From positions 206,710,001-206,774,000 of the forward strand of contig NC_086097.1 in NCBI RefSeq assembly GCF_963921235.1: 64,000 nt of DNA. The letters are read 5' to 3'. Positions 63,291 to 64,000 of this stretch are shown in pieces (the stretch's first letter is position 1; each line of letters opens with the position of its first letter). The position numbers were made by a program, and so were the translations under genes. The notes under the pieces were generated by a model. That model was not told the origin of the DNA. It searched no databases and saw nothing but the letters and a program-made list of their open reading frames with translations. The DNA is from Mobula hypostoma (Eukaryota).

Positions 63291-64000
63291 TCTTAATTGT
63301 ATGTATTGCACCGCATTGCTACCACACAAAGAAACAACAGATTTCATGACATATGCGAGTGATGAAAAATCTGATTCTGATGTGGGTCTCTATTGTGGAA
63401 GGGGACAGACAGAGGGGAATAGTGGTTTGGAAAAGAGGAAGGGAGAGGGGAGGGTGCGTGAAGCACCACAGTGACATTCTGTAATGATGAATAAACTAGT
63501 TGTTTGGAATCGAATAACCTTGCCTGGTGTCTCAGGGCCGGGTGTGTCTGCTGCCTCCTCCACAACTAATTTAAATGGACTTTTCATTGCTAATTTAATA
63601 AATTCAGCAAAACATTGTGGGACAAAAAGCTTGTTCCTGTGCTGTGCTGTTCATTGTTATAAAGGGCATAAAGTTAAGATGAGAAGGGAAAAATTTGAAG
63701 GAGATCTGTGAAGTAATTTTTAGACAGAGAGTGGCAGGTACCCAGAAGGCACTGCCGGGAGAGATGGTGAAACCAGATATGACATAAGGATGTGCCACAC
63801 CCAGCTTTAGGTGTGGTGTTTGTTAATGCAAGCTGTACACTTCACTCTATATTTCAATGTACATGTGATAAATAAATGAATGTGAATCTGACAGCAATAG
63901 TTAAGAGGCATTTAGACAGAGACATGAACCAGCAGGACATCATTGCAGCATGGGCATGATGGGACAAGGGGACTGCTCCTTATTCCTATATCTACACCCT

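Noticed and set aside
1..64000. Prokaryotic systems (operons, CRISPR array, defence or retron loci)
   Set aside because: The sequence is eukaryotic and non-coding; every RT belongs to a LINE or Gypsy family; the 123-bp repeats have no spacers

Overview
Eukaryotic, AT-rich, transposon-dense genomic DNA with no recognisable host protein-coding exon. The repeat mix suggests a vertebrate, probably a cartilaginous fish such as a ray (inference from repeat families only). It includes CR1 LINEs with SGNH-esterase ORF1 and (TTTCTATG)n tails, V-domain tRNA SINEs, Rex1-like and Tx1-like remnants, and Penelope-derived palindromic inserts. Roughly half of the window is decayed CR1 sequence, often nested. 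Six elements are well delimited. (1) A full-length RTE-BovB (41695-44752, 10-bp TSD). (2) A complete Gypsy LTR retrotransposon (49891-54215, minus, ATAG TSD, tRNA-Trp PBS). (3) An internally deleted R2/HERO element in a head-to-tail arrangement (26884-28051). (4) A bipartite RTE-derived non-autonomous element (1897-2324). (5) An RTE with a 5' inversion and an exact 3x123-bp in-frame triplication. (6) A family of short inserts with 13-14-bp TSDs, one of which is a 116-bp-arm palindrome with a hammerhead-ribozyme motif in each arm (37642-37910). A TE-free, CpG-enriched block at about 30-33.8 kb has a (TC)n(CA)18 microsatellite and strong minus-strand splice donors. It looks like the promoter and non-coding first exons of an unidentified host gene running leftwards. 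Family names come from recalled protein and terminal motifs, not database searches; boundaries of decayed copies are approximate.
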